Of a DNA stretch of 64,000 nt, positions 14,143 to 26,322 are shown piece after piece. This DNA is from Hypanus sabinus (Eukaryota). The notes under the pieces were generated by a model that did no database searches, was not told the DNA's origin, and was given only the letters and a program-made list of their open reading frames with translations. Within the stretch, counting starts at the first letter, position 1. Each line of letters opens with the position of its first letter. Position numbers and translations under genes: made by a program. The stretch spans positions 25,544,001 through 25,608,000 of the forward strand of contig NC_082735.1 of the NCBI RefSeq assembly GCF_030144855.1. The letters are read 5' to 3'.

Positions 14143-14957
14143 AGTGCTTCTCCCTATAGATGCTGCCTGGCCTGCTGCGTTCCACCAGCATTTCATGTGT
14201 GTTGCTTGAAATTCCAGCATCTGCAGATTTCCTTGTGTGAACCAGACAAGGATCCTTTTTTTCCCACTTGCTGCCTTCTACCAATCAGCCAATGCTCTAA
14301 CCATGTTAGTAACTTTCCAGTAATACCATGGGCTCTTAGCTTGGTAAGCAGCCTCATGTGTGGCACCTTGTCAAAGGCCTTCTGAACGTCCAAACATACA
14401 AGATCCATTGCATCCCCTTTATCTATCCTACTTGTAATCTCCTCAGAGAATTCCACCAGGTTCGTCTGGCAGGATTTTCCCTGAAGGAAACCATACTGAC
14501 TTTGTCCTGTGTCACCAAGTACTCCATCACCCCTCATCCTTAACAATTGACTCCAACATCCTCCCAACCACTGAGGTCAGGCTAACTGGTCTATAATTTC
14601 CTTTCTGCTGCCTCCCTCCTTTCTTAAAGAGTGGAGTAACATTTGCAAATTTCCAGTCCTCTGGCACCATGCCAGAGTCCAATGATTTTTGAAAGATCAT
14701 TTCTTCATCCTTGGCTACTGTTGCAGCTGTCTCCCATTTCCAGTTCTCGTTTGCCTCAGGGTCCTTTTACCCTGGCAGTTTCTTAACTCAACCCATAAGG
14801 ATTCAACATCTTCTGATCCTCTGTCACATCTTTCTACTGATTTGATGCTGTTCTTTACCATGCCACCCCCTCTGCCTACCTTCCTATTGCTCTGATGTAA
14901 CGTGTAACCTTGGATATTCAGCTCCAACTCCAACCATCCTTCAGCCACGATTCAGTG

Positions 14958-15825
14958 ATGTGGGAGACTTGGATAGGCTGGGTGAGTGGGCAGATACTTG
15001 GCAGATGTCGTTCAATGTGAATAGGTGTGAAGTTATCCACTTTGGAAGCAGGAACAAGAGGGCAGAGTATTGTCTGAACGGTGTAGAGTTAGGTAAGGGA
15101 GAAATGCAAAGAGACCTAGGAGCCCTAGTTCATCAGTCAATGAAGGTGAATGAGCAAGTGCAACAGGCAGTGAAGTGGGCAAATGGAATGTTGGTCTTTG
15201 TTACAAGGGGAATTGAGTACAAGAGCAAGGATGTCCTTTTGCATTTGTACAGGGCCCTGGTGAGACCACACCTGGAATATTGTGTACAGTTTTGGTCTCC
15301 AGGTTTAAGGAAGGACATTCTGGCAATTGAGGAAGTGCAGCGTAGATTCACTAGGTTGATTCCTGGGATGGCAGGGCTGTCTTACGCAGAGAGATTGGAG
15401 AAATTGGGCTTGTACACATGGAATTGAGGAGATTGAGAGGGGATCTGATTGAAACGTTTAAGATAATTAAAGGATTTGATAGGATTGAGGCAGGAAATAT
15501 GTTCCAGATGTTGGGAGAGTCCAGTACCAGAGGGCATGGATTGAGAATAAGAGGGCAGTTATTTAAAACAGAGTTGAGGAAAAACTTCTTCTCCCAGAGA
15601 GTTGTGGAGGTGTGGAATGCACTGCCTCAGAAGACAGTGGAGGCCAATTCTCTGGATGCTTTCAAGAAGATAGATATCTGATGGATAGGGGAATCAAGGG
15701 ATATGGGGACAAGGCAGGGACTGGGTATTGATAGTGAATGATCAGCCATGATCTCAGAATGGCGGTGCAGACTCGAGGGGCCAAATGGTCTACTTCTGCA
15801 CCTATTGTCTATTGCCTATTGTCTA
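14958..15825 (+). mobile_element. CR1-clade LINE 3' fragment (young subfamily)
   Basis: ORFs 14960-15427 and 15418-15681 (one frameshift) and a (CTATTG)-type tail; 3' end nearly identical to 31120-31367. Confidence 0.88.
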
Positions 15826-17515
15826 TAAAACGTAGAACAGTACAGGCCCTTTGGCCCACAATGTTGTGCCAACCTTTTAACCTTCTCTAAATTTAATCTA
15901 ACCCATCGTCCCTGTATAGCTTCTTTCCCCCATCCATGAACCTATCTAAGAATCTCTTAAATGTTTCTAATCTATTGGCCTCCACCACAATAAAACTGCA
16001 TCTGATGTCAACCCCTTTACTTCCCTCCAATCGCCTTAAAAGTATGCTCTTACATTAGCTGTTCAAAGTTCAGAGTACAATTTATCATCAGTCACCACAT
16101 ATAACCCTGAGATTCTTTGTCCTGCAGGCATACTCAGCAAATCTATAGAATGGTAACTGTAAACGGGATCAATGAAAGAGCAAGTCGAGCAAGTTGTGCA
16201 ATGAATGCCAAGAACACGAAATAACAAGATAAAGAGTCTTTTTAAGTAAGATCATTGGTTGTGGGAACATCTCATCAAATGAGTGTGGTTATCCCCTCTT
16301 TTTTTATTCAACAGCCTGATGGCTGAGGGGTAGTAACTCTTCTTGAACCTGGTGGGGCGAGTCCTGAGGCTCTTGTATCTTCTACCTGATGGCAGCAGCA
16401 AGGAAAGAGGTGAGGATTTACTCCCAGGGATCACTGGCAGTCCACTTTATCTATGCCTCTCATCATCTTCACCCCACCTCAGCTTCCATCGCTCCAAGGA
16501 GAAAAGCCCTAGCTTGCTCAACCTTTCAAATCTTTTAAGAGGTGAGGTGGAATATATCTTGAGAAGGTATTGGAAATCATTCTATATTTTAAGAAAGGAG
16601 GAAAAGGAGAATGAAATGGAAGCCCCCAGGATTTTGGACATTGTTGAGTGGTTAGGAGACCCTGACACTGTTTCCTCTAAGCTGTATGGCTGCTCAGCAA
16701 CGTAAATGGTCCTTTGTTGCCGCAAAGCTGGAATTTCTTTTTATATAATGTTGATTTAAAGTGCCATGTAATTTTCAGTCCGTGTAAAAAAAAATTCCTG
16801 CTTAGAGCAAAGATTGGTCCCTGTAGATGTAAGAAAAAAATGGCAGACCCTAAGATGCACATTAAGGTGGTGGCGAAAACTGCTTAACCAATAGCTTAAT
16901 GCCCAGAAGCACCAACCAAGGTGTCCTTTGACCTCAGGTGAGTCATGAAGGTTGATTTGATCAGTTTGTCAAGCACACCAGGAGATTCAGCCCAGTCTTT
17001 CATCGGTAAAGACCCCCCCCCCCCGCCGCCAACCATCATTGAGCACATCTGCACAAAACACTGTCGCAGGAAAGCAGTGTCCATTATCGGAGACCCCCAC
17101 CACCCAGGTCATGCTCTCTTCTCACTGCTGCCATCAGGAAGAAGGAGCCTCAGGTCTCACAATACCAGGTTCAGAAGCATCAGTCTTCTGAACCAGAGGA
17201 CAGTACCTCAGTCAACTTCACCTGCTCCATCGCTGAACTGTTCCCTGAACTTATGGACTCACTTTCAAGGACTCTTTATCTCATGTTCTCGATATTTATT
17301 GCTGATTTACTTTTATATTTGCATAGTTTATTGTCCCCTGCACACCGGTGGAACACCCTGTTGACACGGTCTTTAATTGATTCTATTATGGTTATTGGAT
17401 TAATTGAGTATGCCCGCAAGGAAATGAATCTCAGCGATGTGTACAGTGACACATATTGAATAACTTGAACAATGACAGTGCAGAACAGCAAAATGGTGCA
17501 AATATCGTAGTACAT

Positions 17516-20500
17516 TCTTTTTCAATCTTTTTATTAATGTCAACATTAACACTATTAACAATTAACTATTAATATTAACAATATTAACACCAAGACCAAG
17601 GAGATGGTGGTGGACTTTAGGAGACCTAGGCCTCATATGGAGCCAGTGATCATTAATGGAGAATGTGTGGAGCAGGTTAAGACCTACAAGTATCTGGGAG
17701 TGCAGTTAGACGAGAAGCTAGACTGGACTGCCAACACAGATGCCCTGTGCAGGAAAGCACAGAGTCGACTGTACTTCCTCAGAAGGCTGGCGTCATTCAA
17801 TGTTTGTAGTGAGATGCTGAAGATGTTCTATCGGTCAGTTGTGGAGAGCGCCCTCTTCTTTGTGGTGGCGTGCTGGGGAGGCAGCATTAAGAAGAGGGAC
17901 GCCTCACGTCTTAATAAGCTGGTAAGGAAGGCGGGCTCTGTCGTGGGCACAGAACTGGAGAGTATGACATCGGTGGCAGAGCGGAGGGTGCTGAGTAGGC
18001 TACGGTCAATCATGGAAAACCCTGGACATCCTCTGCACAGCACCATCCAGAGACAGAGAAGCAGCTTCAGCAGCAGGTTGCTGTCAATGCAATGCTCCTC
18101 AGACAGGATGAAGAGATCATTACTCCCCAACGCCATTCGGCTCCACAATTCAACCACCAGGGGCAAGACATGTTAAGTGCCGGGGTTAGGACTGAGCTTA
18201 AGTTACCACTCAATGCACTTTAGTAAACTATTTAAGAACTTTTTAAAAGCTATTTATTAATGCTTTTTGGGAGGGTGATTTTAGATGCATATCATATTTA
18301 TACTGAGTTAAATACTGTATGTAATTAGTTTTGCTATAATAAGTGTATGGGACACTGGAAAAATGTTGAATTTCCCCTTGGGGATGAATAAAGTATCTAT
18401 CTATCTATCTATAATAAGATTGATACATAGTTAATGGGATTACAAAATTACAAAATCTAAAATGAGCACATAAGCAATAAGTACAATGTAGTTAAGTCTT
18501 CCCAAATCATACAAGATACAAATATAATATAGACAAGACAAAGAAAAAACTAGGTATAGCAATATAAAAAAACAAAGAGGAAAAAGAGAAAAAGAAAAAA
18601 AATTATTACCCCAAAAAACAAGAACTAATCTAACAAACTAATAGAAAAAAAAAGAAAGAAAAGAAAAAAAACATGGGCTGATTAAAGTATCTGAGAAAAG
18701 ACAAAAAATCATCAGTGTCCCCAACTCCAATCCTCTCTACATATATAAAATCAGAACCAGAAAAAAATAGGATTGGAACAGGGTCAAATTACATCATGTG
18801 AAAATATTGAATAAACGGCCTCCAAGTCTTTTCAAATTTAATAGAAGGGTCATATATGACACTTCTAATTTTTTCCAAATTTAAACATTACATAGTTTGA
18901 GAAAACCAATGAAATGTGGTAGGGGGATTAATTTCTTTCCAATTCACCAAAATAGATCATTTGGCCATTAATGTAAGAAATGCAATCATCCGACAAGCAG
19001 AGGGAGATAAATAAATTGACTCCATCATTGGTAAACCAAAAATTGCAGTAATAGGATGAGGTTGCAAATACCGTAGAAATAATATCAAAAATATCTTTCC
19101 AATATTTTTCCAAGGACGGACATGACCAAAACATATGAGTTAGAAAAGCTATTTCAGAATGACATTTGTCGCATATAGGATTTATATGGGAATAAAAATG
19201 AGCTAATTTATCCTTGGACATATGAGCCCTGTGCACAACTTTAAACTGTATCAATGAGTGTTTAGAACATATAGAGGATGAATTAACTAGTCGATGAATT
19301 TTATCCCAATTCTCAATAGGGATAGTAAAGTTAAGTTCTCTTTGCCAATCATTCTTAATCTTATAAAAGGCCTCTGAACGTATTTCCATAATTATATTGT
19401 AAGCGTTTGATATTACACCATTCTGAAAAGGATTTAATTCTAACAATTTCTCCAGAATACACATATAATCTAGATTTGGAAAGGTAGAAAGTACAGTGTT
19501 TAAAAATGTCCTAATCTGTAAATATCTAAAAAAATGAGATCTGGGCAAATTATATTTATTAGATAATTGTTCAAAAGATATGAAGCAATTATCCAAAAAT
19601 AAATCAGAAAATCGTAGTATACCTTTAGTCTTCCAAACTAGGTAATCTTGGTCTATAATAGAGGGATGAAAAAGGAAATTGGATATAATAGGAATTGCTA
19701 AAACAAATTGATTCAACCCAAAAAATTTCTGAAATTGAAACCATATATGTAGAGAGTGTTTAACTATTGGATTGTCAATTTCTTTATGCAATTTAGAAAG
19801 AGCAAAGGGAAGAGAAGTCCCTAAAGTAGAACTCAATGAAGATCCTTGTGCAGATTTAATTTCCAAATTTACCCAATGAGGGCTAGGAGATAAATCCAAA
19901 TCCCCTAACTAACATTTCAAATATTGAATATTAATTGCCCAGTAATAAAATCTAAAATTTGGCAATGCCAATCCACCTTCCTTTTTTGACTTCTGTAAAT
20001 ATTTTTTACCTAACCTAGGATTTTTATTCTGCCATATATATGAAGAAATTTTGGAATCAACATTATCAAAAAAGGATTTCGGAAAAAAAATTGGTACCGC
20101 TTGAAATATATATAAAAACTTAGGTAAAATAATCATCTTAATAGCATTAATTCAACCTATCAATGATAAAGACAATGGTGACCAATTAGTAAACAAACAT
20201 TTAATCTGACCAATTAAGGGTAGAAAATTAACCTTAAATAAATCCTTATTTTTTTTGTGATTTTAATCCCTAAGTATATAAAATAATCATTAACTAATTT
20301 AAAAGGTAAATTTCCGTAAATTGGAACCTGCCTATTTAGGGGGAACAATTCACTCTTATAAGATTCAATTTATACCCGGAAAAATTAATAAACTGAGCTA
20401 ACAAAGATATCACCGCAGGAATGGATTTCTCAGGATCGGAAACGTATAACAAGCCGTCTGCATGTAATGATAACTTATGTATATCCATCCCGCAAATAAT

Positions 20501-20575
20501 GCCAAAGATGTTAGGTGATACTCTAATAGCAATTGCCAAAGGTTCCAGAGCAATATTAAATAATGATGGCCTAAG
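17516..20575 (-). mobile_element. L1-clade LINE, 5'-truncated
   Basis: ORF2 pieces (LFNIALEPLA, EGGLALPNFRFYYWA, CDKC..THMFWSC). The 3' tail AATAAAAAGATTGAAAAAGA is the same as that of the L1 at 6305-7172. Confidence 0.88.
17581..18410 (+). mobile_element. Rex1/Babar LINE 3' fragment nested in the L1 3' UTR
   Basis: Uninterrupted 190-aa ORF (KTKEMVVDFRR..YKYLGVQLDEKLDW..RLYFLRRL), AATAAA, (TATC)n tail. Confidence 0.88.
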
Positions 20576-21473
20576 AGGACAAGATTGTAGTACATTCTGA
20601 AGTGGTGTCAAAAGAAATGCTAAGATGGCAATAGCAGAATAACTGAGAGAGAATGGAGTATAATAATATAGCAGCAGTACTGTGAAGGGTGTGTGAAAGG
20701 AAGTGACTGGTTCATGAAGTCTGATGGTAAGAAGAAGCTTTATTTAAGTCAGGCTGTCCCAGCTTTCAAGCTCATCTGCCTTCCCTTATAAGGTAGTGAG
20801 TGCTTCTATTGTCATATCACACTCGCTGTAAGTTCAGTCACACAGTACGCGTGCTCCTGTTAGTCATCTAAATATTAACCCTTTCTTCCCACCGCAGAAA
20901 ATGCTACCGGCCTTGGGTTCACTAACTGCGACTTGTTCCACCCTGCCACAGCGGGAAAATAAACAGATACAGAACATGAACTAACATGTAAAATCAAACA
21001 TACAGAACAGAAATTAGCATGCCCAAACATTCAGGACAGAAGACAGAGAAGAATGAAACATAGACTGGTGGGTAGGGTGATGACTTAGTGTAAAAAGACA
21101 CAGTCAGTGGTTGTCCACAGTGTCCGTTTGCTGCGATAGAGCTGTACAGGTCAGTTCAAGGACACACTGACTGTGATTTTGACAGAGCTGCTCCATTGGG
21201 GTCCCTGGTCTTGGCCGGGTTCTCTCCTGCGCTTTGCTGATCCTCCAACCCACCCGGAGCATTAGCTGGCATTTCCTCCCCCACACTTGCCGTGCTCGGG
21301 GATGGTGTCATTGCCTCGAACTGCCACTCGTGATCGCCTGCCGGACTGCATGCGAGTCATCTTGGTTCAGTTTTGCTTCCCCATGCAAAATCAGCCTTTA
21401 CGTTCTTCTCACTTCCTCCTATAGCCTGACCCCCCTCCCACTTTCAAACCTCTTGCTGTCTTCCCTTTCGGTT

Positions 21474-21509
21474 AGTCCTGATGAAGAGTCTCGGCCCGAA
21501 ACGTCGACT
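21474..21509 (+). ncRNA. Minimal hammerhead ribozyme motif in a stand-alone Penelope-like terminal repeat (~21425-21572)
   Basis: agtc CTGATGA a gag-tctcgg-ccc GAAA cg TC gact: core intact, one stem II mismatch. Confidence 0.7.
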
Positions 21510-23059
21510 GTACTTCTTCCTATAGATGGGGCCTGGCCTGTTGCATTCCACCAGCATTTTGTGTGTGTTGATTGAACCCATAAGCACTACTTTTATTATT
21601 TCTGTTTTTGCACTATTTTTAATTTAACTATTTAATACACATAAATATACTTACTATAATTGATTTACTTATTTTTTCTATGTTATCATGGAGTGCCTTT
21701 TACTGCTGCCACTGTTAACAAATTTCACGACATATGCTGGTGATATTAAACCTAATTCTGATATAGGACCCTTCATTGTTGTTTGCATAACAATTTTTTT
21801 TGACCAATCAGGGTTGTTAGCCCTGAGCTGAACCCCTCAAACCTGGAGGACCAGTAGACCACTCTTAGACTGGCGTCTACACTTTGACCTATTTGGCATG
21901 GGCGACCCTACCAAGAGTCAAAGCACAAGGCCCTGATTCTAGACAGCATAGCTCTGAAACATTGAGGTACACAAGCCTCCAAACCCTATCACAATGTTGT
22001 GGTCTTCCTGGAGGACAAAGGATCAGCATAGGGGGTTAAAACTCATTATCATGCCTTGCTAATATTGAATATGTTTGGGAAAAATATGGTCAACTGTAAC
22101 CAGTTGTCAGTGGAAGTTCTGGTAAGGGTATACCTGAATATATGTTGGCAATTTCCAGCTTCTCGGGATGGGAATTGGTTGTAATATAGTAAATCATTAA
22201 CTCTCGAATGAGCATTACCTTGGAGTTAAGAGCCATGTTGATTCCTCAGCACTAAGTTGGAGTGAGTGCAGTTAGTCCCTACGAACCAGAAGGGTTGCTG
22301 ATGTGGATGATCAGAGTTGCTTCTCTAACAAGTGATAAAGAGTGCAAGAAAACCAACTGGAGAATGCCAAGAAGATGCACAGTCCATCCACTAACTTTCT
22401 GAAAGCTTCTCAAACCTCTGATGAGGTAGTTCTTTGCAGTGGGATTCAGGACATGACCAAAATCCAGTGATGCAAGATACATCAACAAACTTGGCCTACA
22501 GAGGGCAAAAATAGATTTAGAATATTAGAGATGACAAAATATATTGGCTTAACTTAAAGGCCATGATATGAGAAAACCTTGGATTTAAAAGTTGTGAACC
22601 AGCTGCCTGCAATAGGATGAACCTCATTTTGAGACCAAGTGGTGACAGTAGTGAAGAGTGAAGAGTTTCTTTAAAGCTGAAAGAGGCTCTGTATTTTCAA
22701 TGATTTACTTTTTGAGAATCCGGTGACTAATTTGTCTTGTCTGGTTACCTGGAATCAAGGTTACCTCAATATCCCCAACTACTGGGAACTAACAGATCAA
22801 AGGACTTTCCTTTCATGAGTGTATCCAAGTTCCTATTAAATGCAATGAAGTCTTCCTCCTCAACTGCCCTTTAAGTTAGAATTCCAGAGCCAAGTCAGGG
22901 CCAGGATAAGACTCTGCATCTCTCTAAACCAATTGTTTCAACTGAATGGCCCCTGAATTTTATCACAAGTGAAACTGACCTTTGTATTTACTTTAATCAT
23001 AATCTTTATTTTATTTATTTAGATTGAGCTTTGTATCAGCCTGAAGTACAGCAGCAGCT

Positions 23060-24790
23060 AGTTATCACCAAGACAGTAATGAAATGGTCTCCAGAGGCCT
23101 TCGAGGCCTTGAAGGGCTGCTTTGAGGTTACTTACTGGTATGTGCTTTGTGAACCATATGGGGAGGAAATTAATAACTTGCATCACTAGCGACATCAACT
23201 TCTGTGCGGCCAATGTAATGTCACCAAGGACCGTTCGCTGCTTCCCAAACAACAAACCGCGGTTCACCGGTGATCTGAATGCTCGTCTCACCCACAGGAA
23301 GAAACCCTTTAGATCAGGGGACAGGGAGAAACTGAAACATGTTGCAGAGGAAGGTAAAGGAGAAGGTCAAGGTGGTTTAAGAGGTATCCCGGGGAGAGCT
23401 GGAGAACAAGCTTGGGCAAATGGGATCTGTGGAGAGGCAGGAAGAATATCACTGGCTTCAATGGAGGCTTGGAATGCAGCCATGAATGGGCTTGGTTAAG
23501 CTCTTCAAAAGTTTACCAATTACCCTCGCATTAGGGTTAGGGTGTTCTATGTTCACACTCCCCTCCCCACACCAACTCAGCTGTCGAGGCATCCAATGCT
23601 TCCTCAGCACCAATGCCTCCCCTCCAGTTCAACATATGAACAACAGAGGCTCCCCCGCTACCTTACACCCGCTTCTTCCCCTGACCCACCATCCACACCT
23701 CCACCTACCAACTGCTATTGTCCCAATCTTCCCCTCCCACCAGCCCCCACCTTCCAATCCCCCAGTCATCACGGACCCACCTTCACTACTGAGTAGATAA
23801 AAAGGGCTCTGGGGGAAATCAGACACGGCAAAGCATTGGGACTGGATGGTGGGAACCCCAGGGTGAGCAGCTGTGCGGAGTCCCAGCCTGGTAAGGGTCC
23901 TGGCTGTGTGGAAAACACCATGTGTGGTTCCAGTACCCAAGAAGGACTGACCAACAGTCTTGAATGACTACCATGCAATGGTGCTGACCTCACACATTAT
24001 GGAGACCACGGAGAGGCTGGTCCTGACTCACCTTCAACCCCGGTCACAGTTGGACATGCAGGGCAACACTGTGAGGATCGTGTTTTTTGATTCTTCTAGA
24101 GCCTTCGATACGATACAGCCCTCGTTGCTGGGGTAAAAGCTTTGTTCAATGCAGATTGTGACTTCCATTGCATCCTGGATAATGGCAGACCACAGTATGT
24201 ACAGCTTCAGAGCTGTGTGTCAGACATGGCTATAAGAAACACTGGAGCCCCACAGGGGTCTGCATTGGGTCACTTCCTGCTTACCCCGTATACCTCGGAC
24301 TTTAGATACAACACTGAGTCACGTCATCCGCAGAAATTTTCTGATGACTCAGCAATGGTTGTGTGTATAATGGAAGGATAGGGATAAAGATGAGGATGTG
24401 GATGTAATGAGGACCTACAAGTTCTTGGGAGTGCACTTGGATGACAGACTTGAGTGGAGCACCAACACAGAGGCTGTGTACAAAGACCAGAATTGACTCT
24501 GCTTCCTGAGGAGACTGAGGCCTTTTGGAGTGTGCAGGCCTCTCCTTCGCATGTTCTGCCAGTCTGTTGTCACCCGTACAATCTTCTATGTGGTGGTGTG
24601 CTGGGGTAATGGGTGATGCCAATAGGCTCAGTAAACCAATTAGAAAAGCTGGCTCTGTTAAAGAAGTCAAATTGGACACACAGGAGGCTATGGTAGATCA
24701 AAGGACCCTCCAGAAAATCCTGGCAGTTCTGGACAAATTTTCTTACCCTCTGAACAGAGGAGCATTTTCGGGAATAGACTAAGATAACTC
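23060..24790 (+). mobile_element. Old Rex/Babar-like LINE, degenerate RT
   Basis: Fragments RCFPNNKP, FFDSSRAFDTIQP, NTGAPQGSALG, FSDDSA, YKFLGVHLDDRLEWS across frameshifts. Confidence 0.75.
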
Positions 24791-24993
24791 TTATTTGATT
24801 CCCCCTTCTCCAGCCCTGTATCTCTTTCATCGATCAACTTCCCAACTCTTTACTTCACTCCTTCCCCACCCAGTTTCACCCATCTCCTTGTGTTTCTCCC
24901 TCCCCTATCCCCACCCCTAAATCAAACTCATCTTTGTTTTCTTCAGTCCTAACGAAGGGTCTCGGCCTGAAACGTCAACTGTACTCTTTTGCC

Positions 24994-25184
24994 NNNNNNN
25001 NNNNNNNNNNNNNNNNNNNNNNNNNNNNNNNNNNNNNNNNNNNNNNNNNNNNNNNNNNNNNNNNNNNNNNNNNNNNNNNNNNNNNNNNNNNNNNNNNNNN
25101 NNNNNNNNNNNNNNNNNNNNNNNNNNNNNNNNNNNNNNNNNNNNNNNNNNNNNNNNNNNNNNNNNNNNNNNNNNNNNNNNNNNN
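24994..25184. other. Assembly gap (N run)
   Basis: Run of N. Confidence 1.
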
Positions 25185-25753
25185 CAGATGTTGTTTGGCC
25201 AGTAGCTTTTGCTGTAGCCAGTTCTGTCATTACACAGAATGGAAAAACCCTACCTAAACCATCCAAAAACACATGCAGTGTACGCTCTGAAGTCTCCTCA
25301 GTCACAAATAACTTTAGTCTGAGCTTGCACATAAAAAGAACTTCGTTTGAAACAGCGGTTGACCACAAATGAAACACTGCTGCATGTTCTCCAGACTAAA
25401 GAATGAATCAGCTGAGTCTCTAATCAAGGTGAATACCAGAATAGAACACAAATGACATTACTGATATAGTTATAAAATAAATAGATTGCAGTTGCTGGAA
25501 ACAAGAAATCAAACCACACTACTTTGCTGAATCAGGTACCTACATATTAGAAAGCTCAATTGAAAGGAAAAAGGCATCAAAACAGTTGTATGTCTTCCTT
25601 ATTCACTAAGCATGTCAGTAACATTTAAGTGAAATCAGTAGAGAGAGCTTTCCTCTATGATTGTGATCTCATATTCGCCACACCTTGAAGCAACAGGGAC
25701 TTGTACAACCTGGTTCTTGGCACGGACTGATTCTGAATTTGGTAAATTGAAAC

Positions 25754-26322
25754 TGTAACACTCGTTTCGCCTAGCGGCTTAATATAGGGGGTGATGATCC
25801 CCTGCCCGGCCAAACTTAGGAAATCTCCTTTGGGTGGATGTTGCACGATGTGTCCCGTTACAAATCAGTACCCCGAAATGACAAACCGTACACAATACAC
25901 GATTGAACAATTAAGCTTTATAACTCTTACTTTGACTATATGGTTAGTAGAGAAACAAAATATAAAAAAGGGGCCTAAATCTTATTAAACAGTCCGTTGC
26001 ACAATGTTGGAGCTCACAAAATCGGACATTTGTCCACCATCAACCTCCTCCGATCGTCGCTGCCCTTCGGACCTTCGCTTCGAGTCCACCCCGTCTGGCG
26101 GTCTACCAAATCTCTCCATTCGCATCTTCTTTCTTCACCTCTCTCTCTCCCTCCCTCTGACAAAAGCCCCCAAAATCAACTGCTTCCAGAATCACAAGGC
26201 AGGGCAACAAAATCCTGATTGGCTTACATGCATCAACAGTTCTGTTATCTCCAGTCATAACCCAAAAACTACTGCTACAGAGAAACCATTACATTAGCAG
26301 TGAACCCTTACAGTGTGTTAAA
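25754..26322 (-). mobile_element. Probable solo LTR ~460 bp downstream of the FUCA1 stop codon
   Basis: Terminal inverted TGTAACAC...GTGTTAAA (one mismatch); flanks AAAC/TAAC as an imperfect 4-bp TSD; CpG-richer than the flanks. Confidence 0.6.

Larger units (their letters stand above)
11377..14239 (+). mobile_element. Penelope-like retroelement (RT + GIY-YIG), 5'-truncated, frameshifted
   Basis: RT motifs TMDVQSRYTSIP, QTKGVAMGTRMGPSYA, RYIDD. GIY-YIG region VVYCVQC..LYIGET..RL..FAEH. Pyrimidine-rich 3' region with a hammerhead motif. TSD AAC(T/C)AGACAAG at 11366-11376 and 14240-14250. Confidence 0.9.
11085..14957 (-). mobile_element. CR1-clade LINE fragments (host of the Penelope-like insertion)
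   Basis: RT motifs on both sides of the insert: QYGFLQGKSCQTNL..DVQKAFDKVPH (14250-14567) and VTSGVLQGSVLGPVLF..KFAND (11187-11376). Confidence 0.85.

Noticed and set aside
17604-19899. 190-aa and 323-aa ORFs as host or domesticated genes
   Set aside because: They are C-terminal parts of Rex1 and L1 ORF2 with element tails attached; intactness is explained by recent insertion.
25655-25753. Frame VSIYQIQNQSVPRTRLYKSLLLQGVANMRSQS* resembling a fucosidase C-terminus
   Set aside because: A far better terminal exon, with proper acceptor and phase, exists at 26924-26784; the similarity here is superficial.
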